From: Schmidtea polychroa
Taxonomy: Eukaryota
Length of the DNA stretch: 60,000 bases
Assembly: GCA_044892525.1 (NCBI GenBank)
Contig: CM097885.1
Location: 32,056,001 to 32,116,000, forward strand
Direction of reading: 5' to 3'
Shown here: piece by piece, positions 9,904-23,420 of the stretch
Layout: each line of letters begins with the position of its first letter
How positions within the stretch are numbered: position 1 is the first letter of the stretch
Program-made: the position numbers and the translations under genes
The notes under the pieces: generated by a model
What the model was told of the DNA's origin: nothing
Seen by the model: the letters and a program-made list of their open reading frames with translations, nothing else
Database searches by the model: none

Positions 9904-12900
9904 ATGACAAAATATTACCGAAAAAAGTTTAATTCGGTCAACTTTTTTATATGCCCCAAATGTGTAACGAGCGAAAAAATAAAATATAGGGAATTTTTTA
10001 ATAAACATCATAATCACTTAGGGCAATTTTCGATATCAAAAAATGTTTTATTTAAAAAAATAAATAAAAAATTAAATAAAAAAAAAAATTAGAAAATAAT
10101 TTACAAAAAAACTTACAAAAAAATTTAGAAAATAATTTACAAAAAAATTTGCAAAAAAATATTAAAAAAAATAAAAAAAATATTATTAAAGATTCAAATA
10201 TTAAAAAAGATGCTATTAAAAAAGATACTATAAATATTATTAAAAAAGATATTATAAATATTAAAAAAGATTCTATTAAAAGACCTGCTGGTTTAATTAA
10301 AAATTGCATTCCTAATAAATTATCGCGACCTGAAGTGATAGTCATCAGCAAAGATGAATGTGTAGCTTCAACATCGTTTACACACCAAGCACCCATTACA
10401 CAACACGCACCCATTACACAACAAGAAGTGATAGTCATCAATGATGAATGTGTAGCTTCAACGTCTTTGAACATATGCCAAATAGGCGGCTCTTTGTTTG
10501 AACCTATGGTAGAATCCGATTTGAACGGATCGCGTAAAACTTTAAGATTTGATATTAGAAATCAAAACTTAGTAAAAATAGCCCTAACATCAAAAATTGA
10601 AGATAGATTAATACAGGAAATAGAAAAGATGGGCAATGTAAAAATTCAATTCACAATTTTAATTAAATTTGAAAAAGATGGGGAGATCCGGGATAATTAT
10701 TTTTCGAACAATGCTCAAGTTTTTACATCAAACTTTATAAACGAGGGGGTGAGCAAATTAAATGAAAAGATTGAGCAATTCACCTATTTAGGAAGCGGGT
10801 GGCGAGTAATGAATATTTTAGAAATAGATTTTATTTTAACGAAATACGCACCCGTCAGTAGATTATCCGGACATAGCTATATAAAAACCCCATCAGCATT
10901 AAAATTAAAACATGCAATAATTAATGTAAAAAACAACGACCATAAGTGCTTCTTGTATAGCATTCTTGCACTTTTAAAAAGAGAAGAAATAGGTCGTAAT
11001 CACCAAAGAGCCGCCAAATATATAGAATTTTTACCTCTATTAAATTATGACGAAGACACTGATTGCCCGATGAGGCTATGCAACATTCCCAAATTTGAAA
11101 GAAAAAATAGAGATTTAAACTTGAGCATAAACGTTCTGTCTTATAATCCAGCCAGTTCTGATTTAGATATTTCTGAGGATTATGTAGCTCACCACCCTCA
11201 TCTTAATATAGTACATCGCTCCAAGGTTATAGACGGTATACCAATTTATTTATTACTTTTGAGTAATAAAGATAAATATCATTATACAGCCGTGACAGAC
11301 TTGGACAAATTAATGAATTGTCATGAAAATGAAAATGTAAATGTTCAAATAAGGTGTAACTGGTGCCCACATTGTTTAAATGGCTTTAGATATAAGAATG
11401 CTTTCGATCAGCATGTTGCTCTATGCTGTAAAAATCAGACTGGCACAACTTTGTATACACTTCCTAAAAATAAAGATTTATTATTCACAGATTACGCAAA
11501 AACAGTTACACCTCCCTTCGTAATTTATGCCGATTTTGAATCGGTTTTACCAGAACATGAAACATATCATCAAATACATTTACCCATATCAGCAGGTCTT
11601 TTATTAATTAATAATTATACACACACTAAATTTTATTATTATTTTTTTGGACCTAATTGTATTTTGGATTTTTTGAGGAAAGTGGAGGAAATTGCTGTCA
11701 CAATTGTCCTGCCATATTATGATCTTGAAGGTCGTAAAGGTATGTCTACTTTGTCATTTGCTCAGGAGCGTGCCTTTCGATCTTCCACTATTTGTTATTT
11801 GTGTAAAAAATCTATTATTAATCCTGTGAGAGATCATTGCCATTTTACAGGTAGATATGTCGGAGCGGCATGTAGGAAATGCAATGTCTCTCGCAGGATT
11901 AATAAATTGTTACCTGTTGTCTTTCATAATTTACGAGGCTATGACCTCCACCATATTTTAAAACATGGTCTCAGTGATTTTCCCCTTTGGGAACTTAATA
12001 TTATACCTACCTCTACAGAAAAATTTATATCTTTAATTGCATATATTAACAAATTGCCTGTTCGTTTTATTGACAGCATGCAATTTGTTAATTGTTCTTT
12101 AGCAAAAGCTGTGAAAACCTTAACTACTTTTCCTTTGACTTCGTCTGTCTTTCAAGGGTCGATGATTCACTCTAAAGGTATCTTTCCATATAATTTCGCC
12201 ACTTCTTTAGATGTTCTTGAATCGACTTTAGAATTACCTCCTATTTGGTCTGATGTTACGGAAGATCAGTACGCTGAGGCTCAACTAATTTGGAATCAGC
12301 ATAACTGTAATAATTTGTTAGATTATATGTTAATCTACCTAAAATTGGACGTATACCTCCTCGCAGATTATTTTCAGCAATTCCGCGGTAAGGCAATTGC
12401 TTACAATGGTCTGGATCCTCTTAATTTCTACGGGATTCCCGGTATGTCATGGGCCTCAGCGCTTATGACATTAACGGAACCCATAGAACTTCTGCAGGAC
12501 ATGGAAATGTATAATTTCTATGAGGGAGGTATCCGGGGTGGGTTAACATTTGTTAACAAACATTACACGGCTACTTCAGATGATACAGAATTATTGTACA
12601 TTGATATAAATAATCTGTATGGTTGGGCTCTTAGCCAAAATCTTCCGTATGGTGATTTTTCTTGGGTGAATAATAACTTGAATGATGTTTTACTTGAATG
12701 TATGAACACGGATATTGATAACCTTCCATATGGGTATACTATGGAGGTCGATATCGATATTCCGGAATGTGTGCATGACTTTTTGAATGATTTTCCGCTT
12801 GCGCCGGAAAAGTTGTGCCCGCCTAATTCAAAAGTTGAGAAGCTTATGCTTACGCATTGGCCAAAGAGGAACTATGTTCTTCATTGGAGGCTTCTCAAAT

Positions 12901-13898
12901 TGTATATAGAATTAGGTGCGGTTGTTGTAAATATTCATAGGTGTATAAAGTTTAAACAAGGACCTATCTTTAAATCCTACATAGACACCAACACCACTTT
13001 ACGATCTCAGTCTACTAGTGAGATATATAGGGACTTGTTTAAATTGTATAATAACTCTCTTTACGGTAAATCGGTTGAAAATTTGAAAAAAAGAATGAAT
13101 TTGAGGTTGTGTAATTCATCCGAAAAGATGATAGTATACTCCTCAAAGCCGACTTTCAGAAAGTCCATAAGAATCGATAACGATCTGATTGCGGCACATT
13201 TGGAAAAAGATGTGATTTGTTTAGACAGACCTAGCTACATTGGTCAAACAGTACTAGATCTATCTAAACTGCGGATGTACCAGCTCCAATATATTGATTT
13301 GGAGAAGTACAGACGCCAATATAAATGTATCATAAATATTATTGCCGGTGATACCGACAGTTTCTTTTTGGAAATAAAAAATTTAAAATTAACAACTTTA
13401 TTACCTCAGATGATCTCTGATAATTTATTGGATACGTCAAATTACGATCCAACCCACCCCTTGTATAGTAGGAACCTTGACTCGGTCATCGGGAAGTTTA
13501 AAGATGAGAGCAAGGGATTAGGGTATTCTGAATGGGTTTTCTTACGCCCTAAATGTTATAGTCTTTTAGGTAGTAAGGAAACGGTAAAAGCGAAAGGGGT
13601 TAAATTACCAGGGACATCAATAAATCACGAATCATATCTAAATTGCTTTCATTCAAATCAGGTGATTTCTGTACCGCAGACTAGAATAGGTACTAGAAAT
13701 CACCAACTTTTTACTTTTAAAAATTCGAAAATTGCCCTAAGTAATAATGATGATAAGCGCGCGTGGCTAGGAAAAAACTTAAGTTACGCATTTGGGCACT
13801 ATTTAGGAGTTGACGAATTAAGCGAATATGATGAGGAATTCGGTCCAGCTCCAAGTCCCAGTTTTGACGACAGCGAATGGGACGAAGATCAAATTTAA
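9904..13898 (+). CDS. Protein-primed family B DNA polymerase with endonuclease VII-like insert; frameshift in A11 run 10078-10088
   Basis: YADFES, DHCHFTGRYVGAACRKCN, FHNLRGYD, YIDINNLYG, KLYNNSLYGK, GDTDS, LRPKCY. The PolB frame has no early ATG and joins the 9904 ORF (CPKC...HHNH) if the A-run gains one A. Confidence 0.93.
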
Positions 13899-14118
13899 AT
13901 AGAAAAAACTTTATATTTTTGATTTATAAAAACTTGTATAGTGATTTCATGATTTATAAAAAATTGTATAGAAACTTTTATTTAAAAACTTGTACAAAAA
14001 CCTGTATATTGTATAAAACTTGTATTTATATATACATATTCAATAAAATTTTTAATCAGATTTTTTAAGTATTTGGTGTTTTATTATAATTTTTTTATAT
14101 TTAATGGTGATTTTTATA

Positions 14119-14255
14119 TAGTCTGCAGTGAGCATGCAGCTATATGTTTTTTTATATAGTCTGCAGTGAGCATGCAGCTATATGTTTTTTTTATATAGTC
14201 TGCAGTGAGCATGCAGCTATATGTTTTATATAGTCTGCAGTGGGCATGCAGCTAT
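14119..14255. repeat. Four tandem copies of TATAGTCTGCAGTGAGCATGCAGCTATA palindrome
   Basis: Same unit as 9045-9662; fourth copy has GTGGGCA loop. Confidence 0.9.
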
Positions 14256-14296
14256 ATCAATGAAATAATAATAATAATAATATTAATAATATTAAT

Positions 14297-14333
<37 letters not shown>

Positions 14334-14341
14334 TTAATAAT

Positions 14342-14387
<46 letters not shown>

Positions 14388-14465
14388 CTTTAAACAGGTT
14401 GCAAAGGGTACTAGTCATGCTTATTATTGTTATACCTTTGATGGTTACATTTTGAAAGCTCTATT

Positions 14466-14897
14466 TTGATTTTTAATAAATCAATATGTGTTTGTCCGAA
14501 TACAGCCAAGTTGATGGATATTTTATATATTCTCGATAAACCAAAATGGTCAAAGCATCCAGGAAAAAGAATATCTCAAAGATTGGAGAATTTAGAAAAC
14601 AGTTATGAACTAACATTTGAATATATACAAAATATAAAAATTAAATTGATTGATCATATTGAGGTTTTCAATAACTCTATTACTGAAAATAAAAAGAATA
14701 TGAAGATTATTGATAAGAAGCATGATTATTTGTTAAAAAAGATTGAATTATTATTAAGAGAAATTCAAACAATCAAAGGATCAATAGAATATCTGAAAAT
14801 CAATTCAACGTTACCAATTTCTAACAATAATGCTGCGAATAGAAGTGCATCAATATTTAGTTTACCTTTGTTAATTTTACATTATTTTATTGTTTAA
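14466..14897 (+). CDS. Hypothetical coiled-coil protein with hydrophobic C-terminus; start uncertain
   Basis: 143-codon ORF with heptad pattern, followed by AATAAA. Confidence 0.45.
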   Translation: MIFNKSICVCPNTAKLMDILYILDKPKWSKHPGKRISQRLENLENSYELTFEYIQNIKIKLIDHIEVFNNSITENKKNMKIIDKKHDYLLKKIELLLREIQTIKGSIEYLKINSTLPISNNNAANRSASIFSLPLLILHYFIV

Positions 14898-15022
14898 ATA
14901 AATGTATGTTTTGTTGATTTGTTGAGCGTGACCAGTACCCTTGTGAGCATTACCCATAGGGGGACAAAATATTTTGTCGGATAGACTCAGAGTATATAGA
15001 CTCGGTGTATATAGATTAATAC

Positions 15023-15112
<90 letters not shown>

Positions 15113-15236
15113 GATATATGGCTCATTCGAAAGGTCTTGGATTGAGCTTTAAAATGAGCTATCGATTATTAATTTTCGTTGGCGGGAACTTTGAAAAAAT
15201 TAAAAATAAAATAATAATATTTTTAAAAATAATAAT

Positions 15237-15900
15237 ATGACCTTGATGAGTCATCGCGATGACTCATATGACCTTGGGAATGACCTTGGATGAGTCATGT
15301 GACCTTGAAAATGACCTTGAGTCATAGGATGACTCAGATGACCTTGAAAATGACCTTGAAAATTTTGATGAGTCATCGGATGAGTCATATGACCTTGAGA
15401 ATGACCTTGATGAGTCATAGGATGAGTCATATGACCTTGAGAATGACCTTGATGAGGCATAGGATGAGTCATATGACCTTGAAAAAAATTTTCAAGGTCA
15501 AATGAGTCATACTATGAGTCATATGACCTTGAAAATGGCCTTGATGAGTCATACTATGAGTCATGGTCTTTGTTTCAATGACCTTGATGAGTCATAGGAT
15601 GAGTCATATGACCTTGAAAATTTTTTTTCAAGGTCAAATGAGTCATACTATGAGTCATACGACCTTGAAAATGACCTTGATGAGTCATGGTCTTTGTTTA
15701 AATGACCTTGCGAAATTTTTTTGACCTTGATGAGTCATATTATGAGTCATATGACCTTGAAAATGACCTTGGTGAGTCATCGGATGAGTCATGGTCTTTG
15801 TTTAAATGACCTTGAAAAATTTTATGAGTCATAGGATGACTCATGTTCTTTGTTTCAATGACCTTGATGAGTCATATGTCTTTGTTTAAATTTGACCTTG
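15237..15900. repeat. Subterminal array of TGACCTTG and TGA(G/C)TCA motifs, likely within the Polinton TIR
   Basis: About 25 copies of each motif by manual count. Confidence 0.9.
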
Positions 15901-15995
15901 AAAAAAAAATGTACTTTTAGACTTAGAATATTTTTGAAAATCTTACCGACGGGGGGGGGGGGGGTACTGTGCCAGCGGTGCCCAATCCATCTACT

Positions 15996-18030
15996 AAGGA
16001 TATGACACTTTTCAGGGTTTATCCTAAGACCCACCTTTCCAATTTTGTCCAGCACTTCATTTAAAACTTCGTAGCGATAATTGATCGTTTCTATAAATAT
16101 CAAAATATCGTCTAGGTATACTGCCGCATATCTCGTACTCATTAATACTTTTCCCATCAGTTCCTGAAACGTACCTGGTGCCGCTGCTATTCCAAATGGC
16201 ATTCTGTTAAAACAGTATTGCCCTGATTTGGTTGAAAACGCCGTTTGTAACTTTGATTCATCTTCTAATTCTACTTGATAATATGCATTTCCAAGATCTA
16301 TCGAACTGAAATACTTTGCTGCACCCAATTTATCTAACATCTCTGCTATATTCGGCATAGGGAACGCCTGTCTGTTACTAGGTTTAATTGCCTGAAATCA
16401 AGGCATAATCTGATATCTTGCTTTTCTGTCTTCCAGGCGCATATTAATAGAGTGTTCCATGGCAAATTAAACTTTTTGATAATATTGTTTCCCATAAGTT
16501 TTTTATCGCTTCATCTATTTTACCTTCCAAGTTGACTGGTTGTCTCCAAGGTTTAATATTTAAACAGTTTCTATTTTATGCTTCACCTTTGTGTAGCCAA
16601 TATCCCATTTATCAGCCATAAAAACATTTTGATTCTTTTATATAATGTTTAGTAGTATCGAGTTATTTATCTTTAAAGTATTCTTTGTTCTTTGAAATAT
16701 GTGCTCTTGCTTCGTTTTCTTGACCTCTTCTACTGACTACTTTAATTGTATACCAAATTGTTTTTGCAACTCTATACCACCAATTACCTCTGGAGTCTTA
16801 CTATCGTAAACTTTACCCTTCGTTTCCTGCCATTTATTCCTATTTCTAATATTGTCTTACCTTTCCTTTCTAAAACACTATTATTTGCACATCTCAATGT
16901 TTTAGTTGTTGTTGTTAGTTCTACATCTTTAAGTTTTTCAATTTTGCTCCAACTCATGACATTTACTGTAGCTCCTGTATCTTCTGCTCTTGTATTCTAA
17001 TAGTTACACTTGGTCGGCTTTGCATTTTATCATAACTAATAATATCATTTTTCCATTCATCTAATGTGAGTATTTGTATTTTGTCTCTTTATCTTTCTGC
17101 AAAATCCTTTTTTATGAATCTGTTTACTTTCTTTATTACATTATTTTCCTCGTCCGTTACCTCTCTGAATCTTTCACATCTTTTTCTATAATACATGATA
17201 TTTTACTTTTATTATAATAATTAATAATTTGGGAGTCAGCATCGCTGTTTAATACACTGCCCCGACTATCTCCTTTTTTATCGGGGCTTTGATATTTGGG
17301 TATTCACTGAATTTATCTTCTATTCTTTCATTCATCACTTGGTTCGTCTATGAATGCTACGTATCTATTGTCTCCTTCTCTTGTATCCTTTCTCATTCCT
17401 CGATAACCATTCCTTGCGTCGTATCGATCGTGTTGTCTACCAAAAGTCTCATTGATTCTCCGATATCTCATTCTCTCCATATTTGTACAACAATCTGCCT
17501 CTTTATGTCCTCCCAAGCTACACCTCATACACCTTATTTTTTGACAATCTCTTCTCACATATCCCGGGGTACCACACGCATAACATTCGACTACCTTTCT
17601 ATACATCTGTGGACACTGACTTCTTATATGTCCTTGTCTTTTTGTTAATATTGAAATCTTAAATGTTAGTTTCTTTCTGATAAAAGATATTAAAAGACTA
17701 GTTACGAACTTTTGTCTCTTATCAGTACTATTTTGGAGACGCGAAAGTTTCTCTTTGCACCAGGTAAGCATACTATATTGTTGAGTCAACTTTATTGCAT
17801 ACTTTCTCTGGTACACTGAATATCACATCACTTGCTTTTTAACTTGGTCACGGAGTTCGAAGTTTGCTGAAACTTTGCATATCGTCGTATCTGTATATAT
17901 AAAACTTTTATTGTTGTTCCTTTAAAAACAATTTCGAGAGACGGGTGACGCTTGTAGCTGAAACCGTCTGGAGTCAAAGTTGAGCTGCACCAACATGTGA
18001 ATTCACATTCAATAGTTACCATTGTGTCAA
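15996..18030 (-). mobile_element. Decayed Ty3/Gypsy LTR retrotransposon (gag zinc knuckles, RT), interrupted by the Polinton
   Basis: RT motifs YFSSIDL...RMPFG...YLDDILI...NPEKC; CYACGTPGYVRRDC and CMRCSLGGHKEADC at 17328-17816. Confidence 0.88.
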
Positions 18031-18416
18031 CAACTCATCTGATACGTATCTTTGAGCCCCATCTTACTTTACTGAACATCATTTTTTTATTTATAATACT
18101 ATTGTAGTGTAACGTTAATTCTTTTGAATGCAGTTTATTTTGTAATTAAAAATAATCTTTATCTTTATTCGAGTCATATCCTTTGCAACCCAACAAAAAG
18201 AAAGTATATAGTTATTCTCTATAGTAATAATTTACTATGGAGAAATTACAAATTTAAAATAAAATCGATAAAAAAGAATTTAAAAATCTAAGAGTTATAA
18301 AGTAATCAAGCTGATCAAGTAATCTGAAGCCGAACTTAATATTCATTAAAGGAAGATCCATAGATATTATAAAAGAGAAAGGAACTACATTTGTTGTAAT
18401 ATTTACTACATCAATA

Positions 18417-18771
18417 GGTATTTCCGTGTTATCTTACCCCCAAAAATTAAATTAAAAAAGAACACATAATTATTATATTTATTTTCTAAATCACAGTTAC
18501 AAACTCAGCAAATGTTTGTAAAGAGTTTGTAAATGGTCATCCAGGTGGCCAGAAAACCACAATGTCGTTGAGAATAGTGTTGAACACATCGGCACTGTTG
18601 CTTAGAACACGTTTGCGCCACATAAACTCACATAATCACATAAATCACAGATAGCCTTAATAAATTCATGTTCAATAACATCATCAATAATGTATTCTCT
18701 CATTTTTTATATTGTTTTTTTAATTGTATTTTATAATTTAATTTTTGGGGGTAAGATAACACGGAAGTACC
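18417..18771 (-). mobile_element. Non-autonomous Merlin element
   Basis: ~37-bp TIRs GGTA(T/C)TTCCGTGTTATCTTACCCCC..., 8-bp TSD CATCAATA; internal minus-strand EFMWRKR...DVFNTILNDI resembles a Merlin transposase C-terminus. Confidence 0.85.
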
Positions 18772-19800
18772 CATCAATATAGTGTTGGAAGGATCTAATA
18801 ATCCACAAGTTAAAGAAGAACTAATCCAATACTAGAATTGTTCAAGTTATTCCAAATTGTTCAAAGAAATTTATAAATTACAGTTCTTCATTAAATCACC
18901 TACCTTAATTAATAATGGCTTGTATCGAGATCAATCCTAAACCCTTACGGCAGTCGTTTCCAACCTGCGGGGCGCCCCCCCCCCCTAGGGGGGCGTGTTG
19001 ATGTTTTTAAAATCTTGTTAATGAATACAGATCAAATAGGTTAAAAAATAAATCAGTAGTATATTTAATTTACAATTCTTGTCGGAAATTTTTCAAATAT
19101 GAATGCGAAATTATTTCATTAAAAATATTCTCAAAACAAAATATCTCATTTTCTTTTTTCAATCCGAGCACTAATAGAGCATGAAAACAAAAGATAAGTA
19201 CTTGCATCATTCGTGTATTCTCGTACTTACGCACGCCAAACTTCAGAAATAAGAAGCATCTGATTGTTTATATTCTATAAACAAAAGTAGTTGTTCATAG
19301 TGCTCATGGTAACAACTTCAATACATAGATAAAACACTTTGATTTGGTATTTTAAAATATAAACATACAGATAGATATCATAACTATTATAATAGTACCT
19401 TGTTAATTAAAAAATGCTGATATAATTCAAGGTAGTTTTTCGAAACTAGCGCAAAATTTCGAATCTGTAAACATAAAATAACATTTATTTTGACCTTCAT
19501 CTACTTCTTTTTTTTCATTTATATCGATTTTTTACTTTATTTTATATTCACCAATAACATTTTAATGGATTAATATGAATATTGTTTTTGTAGTAATTCA
19601 CGGTTAAGTAAAAATGGCACAAGATATTTTTTTATTGTTTATATTCATTAATAAAATTTGTTAAAAAATTAGTTTTTAATTCTACATTTATAAATTATCC
19701 AAATTAAGACTGATATTTTATTTAAAAGGTAATATTGATTTAATTGTATTGTATTTTAAATTAATATAAAAGGCTTGATTTAAAATAATACCCCTTTTAG

Positions 19801-21679
19801 ATGGATAAATACGTAACTAGCTTTAAAAGAAAATCAAATGAAGCTGAAGCTGAAGCAGAAGCAAAGAGCGAAAATAAAGAAGAAAATTTCATAAGCATAT
19901 CTTCACAAATTAGTAAACTTAAATATAGAAAATATGACCCAGTATACTTATCATTTGGATTTACATATAAGATTATTAATGGAAAAGAGCATCCATTGTG
20001 TTTATTGTGTATGAATACTTTGGCCTCAGACAGCATGAGGCCAAATAAGTTAAAACGACATCTGAAAAAGTACATGGTGATCACGTTGGTAAGACGAAAG
20101 AACTTTTCAAAAAAAGTTAGAAAGTTTAAGTAAACAACAAGAAATGTTTCTAAAGACCATGTCTATATCACAAAAAGCATTGCTTGCGTCATATAAAGTT
20201 TCTTATAGAATTGCCAAATGCAAAAAACCACATTCGATAGGTGAAACTCTTGTGTTACCTGCAGCCATTGATATGATAGAAACTATGCTTGGAGAATCAT
20301 ATGCTGACCAACTTAAAATAATCCCCCTTGCAGATAACACGGTTGGAAGACGAATATCAGATTTATCCGAAGATCTTTGCGACCAATTAATAGAAAAAGT
20401 AAAACTATCTTCTTTCGCATTGCAAGTAGATGAAGCTACTGATGTTATTAAGGATGCACACGTGATAATATATGTAAGATATGTTGTTGAAACCGATATT
20501 AAAGAAGACATGTTGTTCTGCAAACCTATTGAATTTAATACTACAGCAAAGGAAGTTTTTAAAATCATTGATATTTTTTTTAAAGAAAATGGCATTCTAT
20601 GGGAGAACTGTGTTGGGCTATGCACAGATGGAGCTCCATCCATGGCTGGAAAAAACGCTGGTCTACAGGCACTAGTTCGAAAGGTGGCTCCTCGTGCAGT
20701 TTGGACACATTGCATGATTCATAGACAATCACTTGTATCAAAAAATATGAATGAAGATCCCCTGGCAGTATTTGAAATTGTTACAAGAGTTGTAAATTTT
20801 ATTAAAAATAGCCCATTAAGAGCAAGGATTTTTGCAAAATTGTGTGATGACATGTGTTCAGAATATAGATCACTTCTATACTATTGTGAGGTACGATGGC
20901 TTTCACGTGCTAAAGTACTTTAAAGGGTGTTTGAGCTAAAAGATGAAATCGCTATATTTCTTAGTGATAATAATAGAGACGAAGCACATTTGTTTTTTGA
21001 TACGAAATTCCTTGTTAAACTTGCGTATTTAGTTGATATTTTTCAAAAACTTAGTATTTTAAATAAATCAATGCAAGGGGCTCAATTTCATACTTTTACG
21101 CAGAAAGACAAGATCACTGCATTTATCAAAAAAATAGAACCGTGGATAATATTTTTAAAAAATAATAACTTTGACATGTTTCCAACTTTTAAACTTACCT
21201 GTCTCGCTGAAGAAATAGAAGAAAGTAAAATTTTTATTAACAATCATTTGACAAGCCTACAGAAGCAATTTTCGTTGTACTTTAAGGATCTAGACATGTC
21301 CAAATATGAATGGATTAGAAATCCATTTATGATTGAGGAGTATAATGATTTTAACCTTACGACAGCAGAACAGGAAATGATTATTGATTTATCTAGTGAT
21401 AGCACATTAAAGCAGATGTTTTATGATGTAAATAATATTGTTACATTTTGGCTAAGAGTAAAGGACGATTTTCCCACTTTGGCAAATAAAGCTTTAGAAA
21501 TTTTATTGCCATTTGTAACATCTTATTTGTGTGAAACTGGCTTTTCTACAGTAGCTGTTCTTAAAACGAAGCATCGATCTCAATTAATGATAGAAAAGGA
21601 ATTGAGAACCGCGATTTCTTCAATGATACCACGATTTGAGAAGATTTGTGCAGGAAAACAAGCTCAAATATCGCATTAA
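19801..21679 (+). pseudogene. ZBED5/Buster-like transposase with frameshifts near 20070-20110 and stop at 20921-20923
   Basis: BED finger CLLC...LKRHL, FALQVDEATD, CTDGA, HCMIHR, VRWLS, YLCETGFS. Confidence 0.92.
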
Positions 21680-21788
21680 ATTTTTATGTTGTAGTATTTG
21701 GTTATAAATTCATTGTTTCTTTTGTTATTAAGTTTCTTATAATAAATATATTATATTTTTACATAATATAGTATATTGTTTTCTAGAC

Positions 21789-22089
21789 CAGTGCTTCTCA
21801 AACTTTCTGATGTGGCGTACCGGCAGATGTTTTTTATTCGACAGGGACCGACTAGCCAATCTAGCTATCTCAAGAGGGAAATGGGAAAAAAAGCGACGAC
21901 TAATCATGATGACATGAAGTCTTATTCAATTACTACCATGCTGTATTCTTATTAGATAAATAAACAAAAAATATCAGTCACATGACCCACCTGTTTCTCA
22001 TGGCATGTAATTTTACATTTGTTTATTTTCCTTTGAAAATCTCTTCGCGTACCGGCACCGGTACGCGTACCACACTTTGAGTAGCACTG
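21789..22089. mobile_element. Charlie-type hAT MITE nested in the larger hAT
   Basis: TIRs CAGTGCT(T/A)CTCAAA; TSD TTCTAGAC. Confidence 0.9.
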
Positions 22090-23029
22090 TTCTAGACCAT
22101 TAGATAAATGATAATATCAGTTATTTATTTATGAAATTTTATTTTTAGATTAATTAAAGAAAATCAATATCTGTTTTTAAAGGAGGCGCATTAATTTTTC
22201 TTTAAAAAAGGGGGGCGTCGATACAAAAAGGTTGGAAACCACTGCCTTACGGTATTTCTCAGATAATTGTTTTCCCAAATAACAGCATAATATCCATTGT
22301 ATATAATAGACTGAATCACTATCTCTTTTCAATATCACAAAGTATTTTAATTTTTTCGTTAATAAAATTGTAATTTTTATCAACTGTTATTTAACATCTT
22401 TGCTATCATTGTACATACAAGCACCCCGATTGTCCCGACATTTTTACTGGTGACTCTAGCGGGTTCTATAAATTTTCCTTACATATTAACAGATTATTTT
22501 ACCGACAAATATTAAAATACTCACCACAACTATATTATCTGTATTTACACCAAAAGATTCCAGCAAGAGTCGAGTCAAAATTTTGTACGGCCAAAGATAA
22601 ATTTTAAAAAGTTTATGAGACTATTTCAAACACCTTAATGAGTTTCAACTTCCTAAGAGTACCTAAACAATTTCATAGATTCATCCAATTTATTTCAAAA
22701 GAATCGTCATCAAAATATTCACATTTCCATTATTCTCATAATCGTTATGTTTACGAACATTATTTCTGAAAAAACCGTCTAAAAAGCTTGACTAATAGAA
22801 TCATCCAGTTCCTTACAGATTTGCAGACTCTATCAAAAATAAAATGTAAGGGTTCAGCCCCAGTAAGAAGTCCATGATGAAACACACTGAAATAAGACGA
22901 TTCGGTGACTGCAGGGTTAATTCGATTCACAAACGTTCTTCGTATTTATTGACCATTTACAACTTGCTTAAGATGAGCGGCAGAAGTCATACCGCAATGT
23001 CCTGAAGAAGGGAAACTTCCTTACATCAT

Positions 23030-23420
23030 TCAGGACTATGGATACGAAAAACTGGTGAACTTATTTTCAACTGATTTAAAATCTAGATTTCTTGGTGAAT
23101 TTACACAATTTGTTCAATTTATGTCTTCGGAAGATAATGCATCGAATGAAAGTTTATAAAATATGCTGAAAAGCCAACATCTGGAATCCACTTTTCCAAA
23201 TATTGAAATCCTTGTCCCTGTTCTGTACAAATTGCGAAACAAAAAATCATTCTCGAAACTCAGTCGCATTAAAAATGAACTTTGATACGTTATGACAGGA
23301 ACGATAAATCTCTGTTTCATTACAAAGTTTTCATTAAAAGTGATCTTACTAAGAATACGGATCTTAAAGATTTGATTGATGAACTAACATCTGTAACGTC
23401 AAAACACGCACTTCTGTAAA
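23030..23420 (+). pseudogene. Degraded hAT transposase C-terminal fragment
   Basis: LESTFPNIEIL...SFSKLSRIKN motif with stops. Confidence 0.6.

Larger units (their letters stand above)
1..15995 (+). mobile_element. Polinton/Maverick (adintovirus-like) element; left end outside window
   Basis: Full hallmark gene set (ATPase, retroviral-type integrase, two capsid proteins, adenain, pPolB). Right end ...CCATCTACT (reverse complement AGTAG...) lies exactly where Gypsy RT homology (EKCHIL) breaks. Alternative end ...GGTACT at 15968. Confidence 0.93.
18951..22244 (+). mobile_element. hAT (Buster/Charlie type) DNA transposon, both ends present
   Basis: TIRs CAGT(C/G)GTTTCCAACCT; 8-bp TSD CCTTACGG. 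Confidence 0.93.

Noticed and set aside
14205..15240. Poly-Ile ORFs (also 811-1032, 7240-7518, 8871-9062, 42033-42239)
   Set aside because: Microsatellite read-through.
15251..15505. ORFs with MTHPM/MSHMTL repeats
   Set aside because: Translation by-products of the DNA motif array.
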